A stretch of 64,000 bases of DNA from Octopus vulgaris (Eukaryota): NCBI GenBank assembly GCA_951406725.2, contig OX597831.1, positions 43,152,001-43,216,000 on the forward strand. Reading direction: 5' to 3'. Below, piece by piece: positions 1-12,477 of this stretch. A model generated the notes under the pieces. The model made no database searches and was not told where the DNA came from. It worked only from the letters and a program-made list of their open reading frames with translations. Each line of letters begins with the position of its first letter. The stretch's first letter is position 1. Position numbers and translations under genes: made by a program.

Positions 1-267
1 ATATAGTATAAAAATATATATATATATATATATATAGTAAAATGAAATGAATTATTGATTGTCTTATTGAATAGATGAAATATTGAATATAAAGCATTAA
101 AAATTAAGGGACTAGTATACTTTCTTGCATTAAAGCAGTCTTCAAGGTCCCAGGTTGTGACAATGCATGTATGTATTTGTATGTATGCGTGTATGTATGC
201 ATATCAAATTGTGTCGTGTATCTAAGTGCTTATATGTAAGAGCATATAAAACATGTACTTCATCTAG

Positions 268-461
268 CCATGGATTGCTCGGAAAACATGGAATACAAGT
301 ACAGAGCTAGTGGATGCCAACCAACATGTGTAGAGGCGAACCCAGATTGTACCAGAACAGAAATTGAAGGATGTGTGTGCAAACCTGGTTACGTCCTCAG
401 TGGAGAGAAGTGCATTAAACCACATGACTGTGGTTGTACCTACGACGAATTTTACATCAAG
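268..461 (+). CDS. Internal exon of FCGBP/zonadhesin-like extracellular protein: TIL (trypsin-inhibitor-like Cys-rich) domain
   Basis: Acceptor catctag|cc at 267/268 (phase 1). Translation MDCSENMEYKYRASGCQPTCVEANPDCTRTEIEGCVCKPGYVLSGEKCIKPHDCGCTYDEFYIK has TIL cysteine spacing plus the CGC-x-Y start of the next module. Ends AAG|GCAAGC (GC donor, phase 0). The gene starts upstream of the window. Confidence 0.9.
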
Positions 462-1329
462 GCAAGCAGTATTTCTTTCTCTTGTCCATTCTGCTCTGTT
501 TTCCACTTACGTTTCTCTTTTCTATTTTGCTTTCTCTCCTCCATTCTGCTCTATGTAGCCCACTCTACTCTGCTTTTTACACCTTGCTCTCTCTCTCTCT
601 GTCTTTATCTGTCAGTCTCTCTCCCTCTCTCAATCTTCCTTCCCCCCCCTCTCTCTCTCTCTCCCTCCTTCTGTCTCATTTCTCATTTACTCATTGCTTC
701 CTGCTTCCTGCTTTTCACCTTCCTTCCCATACTTTTCCTTTTTCTTTTCGGCTCACTCTGTTCTCTCTTTTCCTCACCCCGTTCTCTTATCAAGCAACCA
801 CAAAAATTTGAGAGACCTTATACAACCACTAACCCCCAGATTATCCTGATAAGCCAAAGAGCTTCTAACAATTCTTACCGTCAGCCTACAGTCACAGAGT
901 AAGAGCTGATCGATATAGAGTTGCGAACCTCACCACTCTCACTCACTTTTCATAAAATACTATTTTATTTATAATTTATTAAGATTTGTCCCTTTCAAAA
1001 TGGTTAGTCCACATTACTCCTTAAGAAGCTTAGGGGCAGTTTCCCGGTTTCGCTGGCATATATACTCCTCTCTGGATGGGACACCGGTCCGTTGCAGGGT
1101 GTTACGCACTGGGGTCGATATAATCGACTTAATCCGTTTGTCTGTCCTTGTTTGTCCTCTCTGTGTGTAGCCCCTTGTGGGCAGTAAAGAAATAAGAATA
1201 AGAATTAGGCTTTTTAAAAAAATTAGTGTAGTAAGCCTTTCAAAGAGGTATCCAGTGAATAAAACAAGAAAATGACGAAAACTAAACGATAAAATCTGTG
1301 TTATTACTTTCGCCAATTTCACCTTTGAG

Positions 1330-2200
1330 TGCAAGGACGGATCAAGACCCGTAGAGGCCCTAAGTACTGAAAAGATTTTGGTGCCCCTGTGTGTAAGTAA
1401 TGCAAAACGTAAACAATAATAAGTCATAAAATAAATTTTTACTTCTCAAAAGGAAACAAAATTAACAGTAAGATGGAAAATAATGTTTATTTTTGTATAC
1501 TTCCACTTTATTTATATTTAAAAAGTACTTGATGAGATCTCCACCCTGACATCATGAGCACTTCGAAATTATATTTTCAATCATATAAATCACTTCGAAT
1601 ATTATTTTACGCCAACCACTTACCCAGCTCCGCCGCGTGACTTTTAGAGTCCCCTTGCAACTCTTTGTTTCGAGGCCCCATTCCTTCAATCAAAATTCAT
1701 AATCTACGCACCTTTTATTCATAGCTATATTTTACTTTATTCTATCTGAACTTTAATATTTCTCGTTATCCTAAAGAACATCTTTAAAAGTACAAGTTAA
1801 ATTCATTTAGGTCCAGATATGAATATAAGAGCTCTTTCATAATCCAGGTAACTTTCAAAGACAAACACTGCGCACTTTTCGATTCGCAAAATCATCGATC
1901 AGTTCAGAATTATCCAGCTGAGGGCTAAGTTCATGTCCAATAGATATCATAGACAATCCACAAAGTTTGGTACATGTTCATGGTACAATATAATATATTT
2001 ACTAGAACTTTTGCAGGTTCAATGTATCACCATTTTATTTCTTGAAATTTTCAATTAACATAGTTTTAATTCCTGTTCAACATCTTAACCAAAGTAATTA
2101 GATGACTCATCTACGTACTTTGATCTTAACATGGGGCCCGTCAATCGCGGAGGCCCCCTGCGACCGCAGGAGTTGCAGGAGCTTAGCGACGGCTCTGCAT
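1330..2200. mobile_element. Decayed non-autonomous DNA transposon (hAT-like) in intron
   Basis: GC-rich terminal blocks with GGGCCC/GAGGCCC subterminal motifs at both ends (caaggacggatc... and ...gacggctctg) around an AT-rich interior. The family assignment is by resemblance only. Confidence 0.3.
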
Positions 2201-2587
2201 TTACCATTTCTGTGGTGCACTAAGCACTTGGATTATTTTGCTTAATGGTTAATCCAGTGCTGCTTGGGTGGGTAATCAGTGCCAAATTGTTCGTGTTTAG
2301 CACTTCTCATCACTATCACTACCCCATCCCCCGCCACCGCCCAGCGAAAGGAGCTACGTTGAAGCGCCAGTAAACGGAATATCTATAAACATATAAAATG
2401 CCCAAAACCATCTTTATTTCACTGATAAAAGATAAATGGGCAGATATTTAAATTTTCCAAAGATTGATAAAACAATCAAAAGAAAATTATTCCATTTAAC
2501 ACAACATCGTAATTCCGAATCATTCACCAAGTTGTTTGATATGTCTGCTAGCTTCACCCTTGGCACAGTTTTCTGCCAATTTTAAGG

Positions 2588-2589
<2 letters not shown>

Positions 2590-2679
<90 letters not shown>

Positions 2680-2712
2680 CATGTATGCATGCATGTATGT
2701 ATGTATGTATTA
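2590..2712. repeat. (ATCT)n/(ATGT)n microsatellite
   Basis: Seen directly. Similar simple repeats occur at 4008-4083, 5191-5240, 5650-5695, 14850-14912, 19620-19802 and 20160-20278. Confidence 0.95.
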
Positions 2713-3081
2713 TTAGGGCCGTGCGATATGGGGTGACGTGATTGGCTCTTTTATAACACATCACTCGGCTGTTATAATGAAGAGAAATTAAATGGAGCAA
2801 ATGAATGCCAGATGAAAAGAGACACAACTGCGTAGGAATGATTAAGAGAACATTTATTGATAAGCTAACATGTGTGCGTGGGTTTGCGTCATGTATACAG
2901 AAATAATTGACAGGCAGAAATAATTGACAAACATATGTGTGTGTCTCTGTATGTAAGCATTGACGTATGCGCGTGTTAAGTACATCTAAGGATGGCAATA
3001 AGAAGACAGTGAAAGATGGGGATAATACCAGTTCGTAGTCAGATTTGTTCACGGCAGTTGAAATACTGTATCAAGAAGTCG

Positions 3082-3290
3082 CGGCTATGGTGCAGAGCCG
3101 GTTGCAGGTACATGTCGTATGTGAAGTTATGGCTGTGATGCTGAGCCGGTTACAGGTACGTGTTGTACTTGACGTGGTGGCTGTGATGCTGAGACGATTA
3201 CAGGTACATGTCGTACGTGAAGTCGTGGCTGTGATACTGAGCCGGTTACAGGTAGGTGTTGTACTTGACGTCCTGGCTGTGATGCCGCTG
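3082..3290. repeat. 48-bp minisatellite, about 4.5 copies, alternating A/B variants
   Basis: Unit ggctgtgatgctgagccggttacaggtac[a/g]tgt... recurs every 48 nt and explains the AVMLSRLQV repeat in ORF 3045-3341. Confidence 0.85.
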
Positions 3291-5188
3291 CCTGGGTCAC
3301 TCGGTACAGGAGTTTCACGCAGGTCGTATGTTCGCTGTTAATCGTAGTATAGTTATTCACGAACAGTGAACTGTTGGAACCTGGATGAATTACTTGCTGA
3401 GCTGTGTACATAGAGAGATGATGTTGACGACGTTGAGATGGACGACGAATAAGAAGAAGGTTGCCGTAATGCTGTTGGACGAAGTTGGTAAGTTTCAACG
3501 TAGCTGCTGTGATATATTTCTTTATTGCCCACAAGGGGCTAAACATAGAGGGGACAGACAAAGGGATTAAGTCGATTATATTGACCCCAGTGCGTAACTG
3601 GTATTTAATTTATCGACCCCGTAGCTGCTGTGATAGCGTGTTGTCTGGCATTGCCACTGGAACTGGCTGTGTCTCCGTGGTCAGTGGCTAGACCTTACAA
3701 GGTCTGGAACTAAAGACATAGAGTGAGGAAAAAGCTAAGTTTTTATAAGAAGTTGGAGGCTCAAACAGGGTAGTAAACAGGCTATTCCACGTGATCCTAT
3801 TTAGAGCCTCTGACTGGTTATCCGCAGCAAGTTGGCACAACCGAATGGGAGACAAATTGCGCCAATACTAACCAATCAGTGTAGTGGACGCAACGTGATC
3901 CAAATAGCGGCCAAAGGCTAGCTGTTCCCTGCTACGTTCGAAGGCACAGATATATAATAAATAGGAGAGAGGAAGTTCATCCGAGTCTACTGTATGCATG
4001 TGTGTAAGTATGTATGTATGTATGTATGTATGTATGTATGTATGTATGTATGTATGTATGTATGTATGTATGTATGTATGTATCAGTGGCGACTCTGGCA
4101 TTCGGGCTGTTCGAGCTTAGCCTGAGTATAAATTTAGTGAAGTGAACGTGTATTTGCAAGCTGATTTCATTTCTACTGAAGTATGCAATTGCAGCCAATA
4201 ACTCGGGTTCCTTTTATTGAGCCTAGTCGCATTTCATTTATTTTCCATCAGCGTCTGGTGGTCGTCTTAGTGTTGCCCTGTGTCAAAAAGTATCATTCAT
4301 AGAAGACGTTCTCTCGAGCGCCTGACTCAGGCTCAGAAGTTACAGCCCGAGTTGCTATCTATAATCGTAAAAATTAAAAGTAATTCAATGTTTTCTTGAA
4401 ACAATAAATTTCTATAGAGATTAGTATTTAAATTTCAATCTATGAAAATTTTCCGTTCTACAATGTTCTTAAAGGAACGAAAAGTTATCCAGCAACTCAG
4501 GCTAATACGATCGAGCCTAGTAGGTGTGAAAAAAACTAACTGACATCTCTTGTCAAGAGTACAGGCGCTGTCGTTAGTTGATTGCTGTTATTCTGTGCGT
4601 CTGTGTGCAAAGATCAGTTGTGTTTTGCAGGGTTGCTTTATTTTAACCCATAACTTAGAAATGGAGAAAGACATAGTGCTAGATATAAAAAAAAAATAAG
4701 CCATTTGGGGGGTTAGAAATAAAGCGGGAAAACGTGTAATTTTTCGAGCAGGCATATGTCATGCGAAATCTGTGACGAGCCCGAATGACGATGATGAGCT
4801 GAAGTCGCCTCTGATATGTATGTCTGAGTAATAAGAAGTAAAATCGATTTTAAAATTCTAGGCAGATATCTATAAAGCACTTAGTGTTAAACGAATTTGG
4901 TAAACTATATCCAATAATCAGACACCAATACATGCAAGTATACATGTTTTCTTTTTCTTCTTCTCACTTTCTTGTTTTCTTTTCTTTTTTTTTTTTTCAC
5001 TTTCTTTTGTCCTCTTTTTTGCTCTTCATTCTACTTCCTTTTTACCCATTTATCACATTTTACCCTGTTTGTCATCCCCTATAACCGGGAACCTATTTGT
5101 ATAGATGTGCAACTTCCATGATTTCTTCAGCCGCAATTTGGCTGAAGATCATGTGCATTAACAGACGAAACTCTGAGTAATAAGAGAC

Positions 5189-5243
<55 letters not shown>

Positions 5244-5345
5244 TTTGTCTTAGGAACAAAATCTAAAGGGAGATTTCTTTTTAGTTACATATATACATAT
5301 CGCTGCATAATTATCATTATAAGATTCCATCACTGTTACTTTCAG

Positions 5346-5550
5346 TTGGGCAAAAACTTGACTCTACCCGGTTGCGATAAGATAGTTGTGTGTGAAAAAG
5401 ATGGATCAGCAAGAGGACAACGGAAAATTGTTGATATTGAAGGCTGTGTGGTGAATTCACAGTGCATCACTCGGGACGGAGTTTGGCAATGTGTCTGCAA
5501 TAAAGGATTCGCATACAATGACAACAAAACCGAATGTGAGAAAGTTCCAG
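5346..5550 (+). CDS. Exon of the same gene: rest of the TILa-like module plus an EGF-like domain
   Basis: Acceptor ctttcag|TTG (phase 0) continues YIK|LGKNLTLPGCDKIVVCEK. It then reads CVVNSQCITRDGVWQCVCNKGFAYNDNKTEC (EGF-like CxCxxGF). Donor CAG|GTAAGG is phase 1. Confidence 0.88.
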
Positions 5551-5646
5551 GTAAGGTCGAAACGATGTTTGTATTTCACAGGGTTGTGAGAGACATAATC
5601 ACATTTCTGTATGTTTGCATATCTGCGTGTGCCGTGTGCGTGTAAA

Positions 5647-5695
<49 letters not shown>

Positions 5696-6845
5696 TAATA
5701 GACAGAAATAGTACATACATACATAATATATACATTCATGTATGTATGTATGTATGTAAAGATGTTTGAAAATATAAAGACAGATGGGAATGCCCGCAAA
5801 TATATTGGTCTTACACTTTAAAAATCAAAATCACCCTCATCTTAAAATACAAATATTAATTTGATTAATTACATACTGGAGTCGATAAATCGATTATATC
5901 CCCCCACCAAATATGTTCGGCTCCGCTGGCCTTACTAGTCTTGCGCCTATTTTGGGAATTATTATATTTGTTTTATAAATGATAATAAATATTATAAAAG
6001 CATAAATATTAAAGATGGCCGAAAACTTTTTCAGAATCGTTACAATCGAGTAAATCACCTTGTGGTATCTAAATATGTCCTTTACGTTCCGAGTTCAAAT
6101 CTCACTGATGTTAACTTTGTCTTTTATCATTTCAATATCAGTGAAATAAAACATCAGTGCACTACCGAGTCCGATTCTTCTCTGTTTCTCTCTTTCCTCC
6201 GCTTTCTTTCTCTTCTCTCTCTCTCACTCTGTCTTTCTCTCTTTTCCTCTCTCTCTCTCACTCTCTCCCACTCACCGTCTTTCTTTATCTCTCTGTCCTT
6301 CTCCTTCCCCCTATCTCTCTCTCACGATTGTGCAAGTTATCCAAAGTCTCACATCAAGATAGATCATGGCACACTGATTCAGCCCAAGAACTACGTTAAA
6401 GTTACATGTGCCTGCGAAATACTCAGCCGCTTATAGGTTAATTTCAGTTGGTCAAACAACTGAATGCTCCGCGTCGAAACAGACGGAGAACTTCTGTCCC
6501 AATTCCCATTAGAAGTTGCGTAGTTGGAGTGTGCACCGCCCGGGGCTGTTCTTCAGTTTGTATCTACTTTCTCTGGCCCATAAGCCTATATAAACTTATA
6601 CAACAGACCCAAAAGTTGCAGTCCCATCGAAGCATCGCTCGGAACTCGAACGCTCCTCTCCCCCTCTTCCAGCTACGCTGCTGTCCACCAGTCAGTTGTT
6701 GAACACTCAGCAAAAATTTTTACTTGAACCAGTGTTAGAAAATAATACATATCAATTGATATAGCATCATATATATTAATATAACACCAAATATAATTTC
6801 CTATAATGAACTGTTAATATATTATGTTGTTTGTCACACTACTAG

Positions 6846-7075
6846 TCTGTGGAGTTGAACCTATTGACATCCAGTTTGTGGTTGACATATCTAATAGTAT
6901 TAGAGAGAAAGGACTCTACGAAACCAAAAAATTCCTGACGGAATTTGTCAACGCTTCGATCATTTCTTCTACACAAGCTCAATTAGGAATTCTGCTATTC
7001 AATTCTAAAGTCAGCAATAAGTTTTTCATTGACGACGCCAAGACTAAAGAAGAAATCAAAGATGCAATCGAAACG
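6846..7075 (+). CDS. Exon of the same gene: N-terminal half of a von Willebrand factor A domain
   Basis: Acceptor actag|TC (phase 1; G+TC=Val). Reads CGVEPIDIQFVVDISNSI (MIDAS DxSxS)...AQLGILLFNS...EIKDAIET. Donor ACG|GTAAGT is phase 0. Confidence 0.9.
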
Positions 7076-8838
7076 GTAAGTATTTATTGACTTCCAGTGA
7101 TTTCTTCCCCCATCTTCGAATATCATCGTTCGCTTTGTTTGAGAGGGTACCAGATTTCAAAGAATATTATTGGCAGTTTATATTTAAGACCGCAGCATTG
7201 TTAGAGATTAAGAAACCAACCGTTATTCTTAGCATATAAAACGTAATTTTTTCTCCAAAAATAATATCAGAAAAATATCATCCCCAGTGATATTTTTGTG
7301 TTGGGCTCCGATAACATGGTTTAATGTTGGGCCCCTATAACATGCACTAAAACCCGTTTTTCTTGACTATCGATTAGTTCTCTCTTTGGAGCAGATGAGG
7401 CTGAAACACGACCTCTCCAACCAGATCTGTTTTATACTAGTGTTTTGGTATCGTTCCAGTTTCTCCACTCTTCCTGATTATGGTTAGTCCAGATTACTCC
7501 TTTAAGGAGCATACGCCCGTTTTCCCGGTTTCATCGTAATTCATTAAGGGATTACTCATTTCCCAGTAATCCATCGCAGGATCACTCATTTTTATCGGCT
7601 AAGTGGACTAGAGTAACGTTAAATGAAGTGTTTTGCTCAAAGAACAACCCAACCCCGTCTAAAAATCGAAACCACAATCTTATGATCATGAGTCCAACAC
7701 CCTAACCACTAAGCCATGCGCATCCACCTTCCTGACTATGGTCTGCTAAAACTGGGCTGCAATATATGTCCGTGTGTCTTTTATGCTATCAAAAACGGTA
7801 ATTCTAAATTCAACTGATCCATCTAGCTGTATATAGGTACTACAGAAACATATGTGAATCCTATAAAATTGTCTTTTTAGAAAATCATATTCGTCTTTAG
7901 AGTATATATTTATTATAATTATACATACAGTAAGGTGGCGAGCAGGCAGAATCGTTAGCACGCCGGACAAAATGCTTAGCGACATTTCGTCCGACTTTGC
8001 CTTTCATTCCTTTCAGGGTCGATAAAATAAGTGCTAGTTGATTACTGGGATCGATGTAATTGATTTAACCCCTAACCGCAAATCTAGAGATCAAGATTCT
8101 TAACTTGTTAAAACAGCGAAGTCCACCTATCTTTGAAATGGTAATCACGTAGCAAGAAAAATTCGCAACTGTAAGCAACAACACCATTACAATGTTGACT
8201 TGTTCCTCTGAACGAAACCATAGTAAAGGAAAACAAATATGCCATAAATATCCAGGAGATTGTAATAAATTCGCCCTTTAATGTAAATGAAATGTCTCAC
8301 TTCATAATAAATCTAAAGAAAAAGTTACAGATTTTGATGACTTCTAGAAAGAATAGAATAGTGCTATTCTATAATTGCTACAAGCAAGAAATTATTATAA
8401 CTTCGAAATAAATAAAATAAATAAAAATATGTGAACTCTACTCATATTCTTCCATGTCTTCCTCAATTTCAAATTCAATTTTCAAATCCCTCCTCATGTT
8501 GTGAGGGGACGGTTATCTCCCTTTTATTAACAGCCTTTGCCAGAGGGAACCACATGTATAATTACCATTATTATCATTACTTCTAAGGCAGTTAGTAGAT
8601 ATAATTGTTACCCCGCTGAGCAAAATGCTTCGCGGCATTTCTTTCGGTTCTTTACGTTCAGATGGCATTGAGGTCCACTTTGTCTTTGATCCTTTCGGGA
8701 TCGATAAAACGAGTACCAGTTGAGCACTGGGGAGGGAGTCAATGTAATCGATCTTATCCCTCCCCTCAAAATTGTTGGCCCTGGGCCCAAATTAGAAAGA
8801 ATTGTTACAAAAGCTTTTGTTTCTATTCGCATTTTTAG

Positions 8839-9168
8839 ATCGGACCCGTACACAGTGGAACAAGACTTAGTGCTGCTCTCCGGTTCACGTCAACCTCTGC
8901 GCTCTCACTACACACCGTTCGGAAAGACGTCAAGAGAGTGGTAATAGTCATCACTGATGGTCAAATCTCGAAGGTGCAGGAGGTCGCACGCTGGAGTAGA
9001 CATATACGCGTTATCCGGAAGGCCAGAATCGTAGTCATCGCTGTCGGGCGCAAAGACGATGCACTTCTGCGCGAAATGACGAGTGACGGAGGCAAGGTAC
9101 TACATGCGTCGCGTTACGACACCCTACAACGAGTAATTGACGACCTCTACCGAGTGGTTTGTAAGTAA
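8839..9168 (+). CDS. Exon of the same gene: C-terminal half of the vWA domain, probably the last coding exon
   Basis: Acceptor tttttag|ATC (phase 0). Reads IGPVHSGTRLSAAL...KRVVIVITDG...IVVIAVG...LYRVVCK-stop, supplying the MIDAS Thr and Asp. A GTAAGT at 9161 overlaps the last codons, so further splicing cannot be excluded. Confidence 0.87.
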   Translation: MGPVHSGTRLSAALRFTSTSALSLHTVRKDVKRVVIVITDGQISKVQEVARWSRHIRVIRKARIVVIAVGRKDDALLREMTSDGGKVLHASRYDTLQRVIDDLYRVVCK

Positions 9169-9195
9169 ACACCCAATCATGAGGTGGTGGTGGTG

Positions 9196-9227
<32 letters not shown>

Positions 9228-9477
9228 GAAAGAAAATCATATTGACTACATGATTAAATTGATTTCATAATAATAGTTATATATAATGAAATAATGATTA
9301 GAATTATAAAATGATGATTATATAAACCTAAAACTGATAACAATAAACGATATATTGCAGCTAAATTTGTTTGGTTGTTCGTTTTGATTTCTTTTTTGTT
9401 TGTTTGTTTATTATTGTTTGTTGATTGCTTTCTAATTTCCACACTTGTCTTGCTCACGTATCCAGAGATGAGCAGCG

Positions 9478-9962
9478 TGGAGGCGCAATGGTCCAGTGGT
9501 TAGGGCAGCGGACTCGCGGTCGTAAGAACGCGGTTTCGATTCCCAGACCGGGCATTGTGGGTGTTTATTGAGCAAAAACACCTAAGCTCCACGAGGCTCC
9601 AGCAGGGGCGGGGTGAACCCCGCTGTACTCTTTCGCCACAACTTTCACTCTTTCTTCCAACTTCTTTCACAAAGCAGAGGAACCATGGTGTAACCCACTA
9701 TGGTGTGGTAAACTTTCAGACCCTAGTCTAGATTGCGAATCATCTGTGCCCCAGGATGGTTCAGCTCTTCGCCCGTTAAAAAGTCACCGTTTACGGAATG
9801 AGGATAACAACGTAGCTTTCGCGCCCGTGCAACCGCCAGTCTATCGCGTGTGGTGGGTGGATCTTCAAGTTGCCATGCTCATTTTTAGTAGCTTAGAGTA
9901 GGATCGAATTAGAGATTATTCTTTGTGGCTAAAGGCGTGAGTCCTGATTAGAAGAAGAAGAA
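9478..9962 (+). mobile_element. tRNA-derived SINE with long body and (GAA)n tail
   Basis: Head ggaggcgcaatggtccagtggttaggg...ggtttcgattcc carries pol III A and B boxes. The whole ~480 bp recurs inverted at 16432-16945. Confidence 0.75.
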
Positions 9963-10455
9963 GTGCAACAACAATAACAGCAGCAGCAACCATCACGAAA
10001 GAAGGACAATAAAATATTTAAGACTCACATACGCATATAAAAATGCGCGCGGGCACACACAAGCACCCAGTCACGCGCGCGCACACACTCAATGAATCCT
10101 TAAGTGACAACGATATGTCATCGATAAATCAATTCCTATCGATTTAAACAACCAGCAACATACCGACATGAGAGAGTAAACGTCGTGTAAGCCGCCATTG
10201 CCTTCATCATCGTCGTCCGTCGGTCTGTTACGTCTGTTGTTTGTTCTACGTAAGTCAGTGGACGCACTTTACGTTACTCCCGATAGTAAATGTCTTCATA
10301 AGCGCAGATGTGGCTGTGTAACTGGAAGCTTGCTTCCCAAACACATTATTCCGGGTTCAATGCGTGGCATCTTGGGCAAATGTTTCTACTAAAGCCTGGA
10401 ACCGACAAAAGCCTTGTGGGTGGATTTGATAGGGGGAAACTGAAAGAAGCTTGTC

Positions 10456-10489
<34 letters not shown>

Positions 10490-11641
10490 TATACATATAA
10501 ACGGCAGTTTGTCTGTCTGTGTGTCTGTCAGGTTGTACCCTCACCCTGACCACGGCTTTCAACCGATTCTGATGAAACTTGACACACACATAGCCCAATG
10601 TCATAATTCAAAACTAACGCAGCGAAGATTTTGGAAATTTCCTCCAGTTCTGAAATAAATCGATAAATTCGACATGGGGTCGAGAATCTAAGCTTTTTAT
10701 ATGCAACACATTTTCTGTTGTAGTTTTCGCAATTTGCAATCGATTTTCACCAAACTCATGGTGAAGCTTAATGTTACCCTAAGAAACTTAATTCTGACGT
10801 TAGTTTTCCATGCAATACCTTACCATTAAAAAAATCGATAAAATCATGCCATTTTGGGAAATCGCGTTCAAATTCAAGATGACATATTTTCGACAATATC
10901 TTTCACAAATTGGCAGGAATTTTTTGTTTTAATTCACAGAGAGCATCATGTCTGCTCCAAGGAGCTATATGGCCCTTTTAATTCCAATAGGATACTTTAT
11001 TACTGGAAAAAATCGGTTAATTAAATCATATGTGGCACACATAGCAAACCGATTTGTGTATTAAACACAAACCACAGACTGTCTAGGGGACGCAAATCGA
11101 CCTTTTTAACTCTCGGAACACGTGGGGAAAGTATCCCAAAATGTATAAAAATGTACAAAAACGGCAAAAAGGCGGGCAGCAATGGGAGTGACAACAACGA
11201 AAAAGTCAAAAGTGACCAAACTGAACAAACGAATGGAAAAGGCTTTTTGTTGCACACGACAAAAGCGGTTTATAATAAACCAAGAGTTTGCAAGTAGTGT
11301 CCGAGGACCCTTAGGGTACGTCAAAAATTTAAGGTAAAACGTTTGGGGTGGTAGTTATAAAGAAAGTTTAAACAAAAAAAGTATTCGAATAACTTGCGGC
11401 TGCTGCAGCTATTAGCAGAAGTGGCGGTGTTGGGGGTAAAGTCTCGAATGTCATTTCTTCCTGGTAGGAATTGGTTGGGTTGAATTATCGATAGCTGTTT
11501 GATAGTTATTTTGGAGTGAAGAGAAGACATTGCAACCTACACATGCGCCTTCGTTCCCTAGAGGGAAAGGACTAGATTGGGATTAGTCGTTGCCTACTAG
11601 GGGCGCTTATATACCCGGGCAACGCCGGGCTATGCTGCTAG
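10490..11641 (+). mobile_element. Non-autonomous Helitron
   Basis: Starts in (TA)n with ...ataaacggcagtttgtctgtctgtgtgtctgtc. Ends with a GC hairpin cccgggcaacgccggg followed about 10 nt later by CTAG, the canonical Helitron 3' end. Confidence 0.75.
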
Positions 11642-11997
11642 TATATATATAAACGGCAAAATGTCTGTGTGTGTGTCCTTTATACAAATCCACAATTTTT
11701 CAGTTAGAGGGCTCGCACTTTCTATGGTCATTCAAAACCATCCAAAGGTGGTCGTGCACATCTTTACATTTTCCCAGTCACCCCGCAAAGTCATTAAAAA
11801 ATCAATAGAAGTTACTTTTTTGTGAATTTTCTATCCAAAACCCAATCAAAATGCCCGAAACTTGTTACGTTAATTGAATGCCAGCTAGCTGCATGTGATT
11901 AGTCGGAGATTTGGACAGTAGTCGCGTGTATGTGCGCACGCACGCAGCTGTATATGCATGCATTAGCACTATGACCCGGCGTTGCCGGGTCATAGTA
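11642..11997 (+). mobile_element. Second Helitron-like non-autonomous element abutting the first
   Basis: Similar 5' start (ataaacggcaaaatgtctgtgtgtgtgtcc) and a terminal hairpin actatgacccggcgttgccgggtcatagt. Confidence 0.55.
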
Positions 11998-12477
11998 AAT
12001 ATATATACTATATATAGTATATATATATACGAGTATATACATACACACACACTATATACATATATATATATATGTGCGTGTGGTATATATATATATATAT
12101 ATATATATATGTTTACGTGTGATTGTTTTTGTCATTGTCCCACACTACTGCCTAACAACCGGTATTCTTTTGTTTATGTTCCCTTAACATTGCAATTCAG
12201 CAAAAGTGACCGATAGAATAAGCACCACACTTTAAAGAAAAATGCCCTGGGGGTCACTTTTTTTTACTAAACCCCTTAAGGCAGTTGCTCAGCATGAACG
12301 CAGTCTAATGATTGAAACGAGTAAAAGATAAGATATTCCCGCATAAATAAATAAAACTTTCCCAGTCTCTCTCTCTCTCTCTTTCCCTCCCCACCCCCTC
12401 TCTCTCTCTATCTCTTTCTCTCCCCGTTCATATTTATATATAGGCGCAGGAGGGGCCATGTGGTAAGAAGCTTGCGT

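Noticed and set aside
462-902. Hydrophobic extension of ORF 270-902 as a transmembrane region
   Set aside because: It is CT-rich intronic read-through after the GC donor.
5105-5185. CTGAAGA...GAAACTCTGAGTA hammerhead-like motif
   Set aside because: CTGAAGA is sequestered in a separate hairpin, and neither stem I nor stem II can be formed.
9478-9552. tRNA gene
   Set aside because: The tRNA-like head continues into a repeat body found many times, so it is a SINE head with no clean cloverleaf. The same applies to 37712 and 58470.
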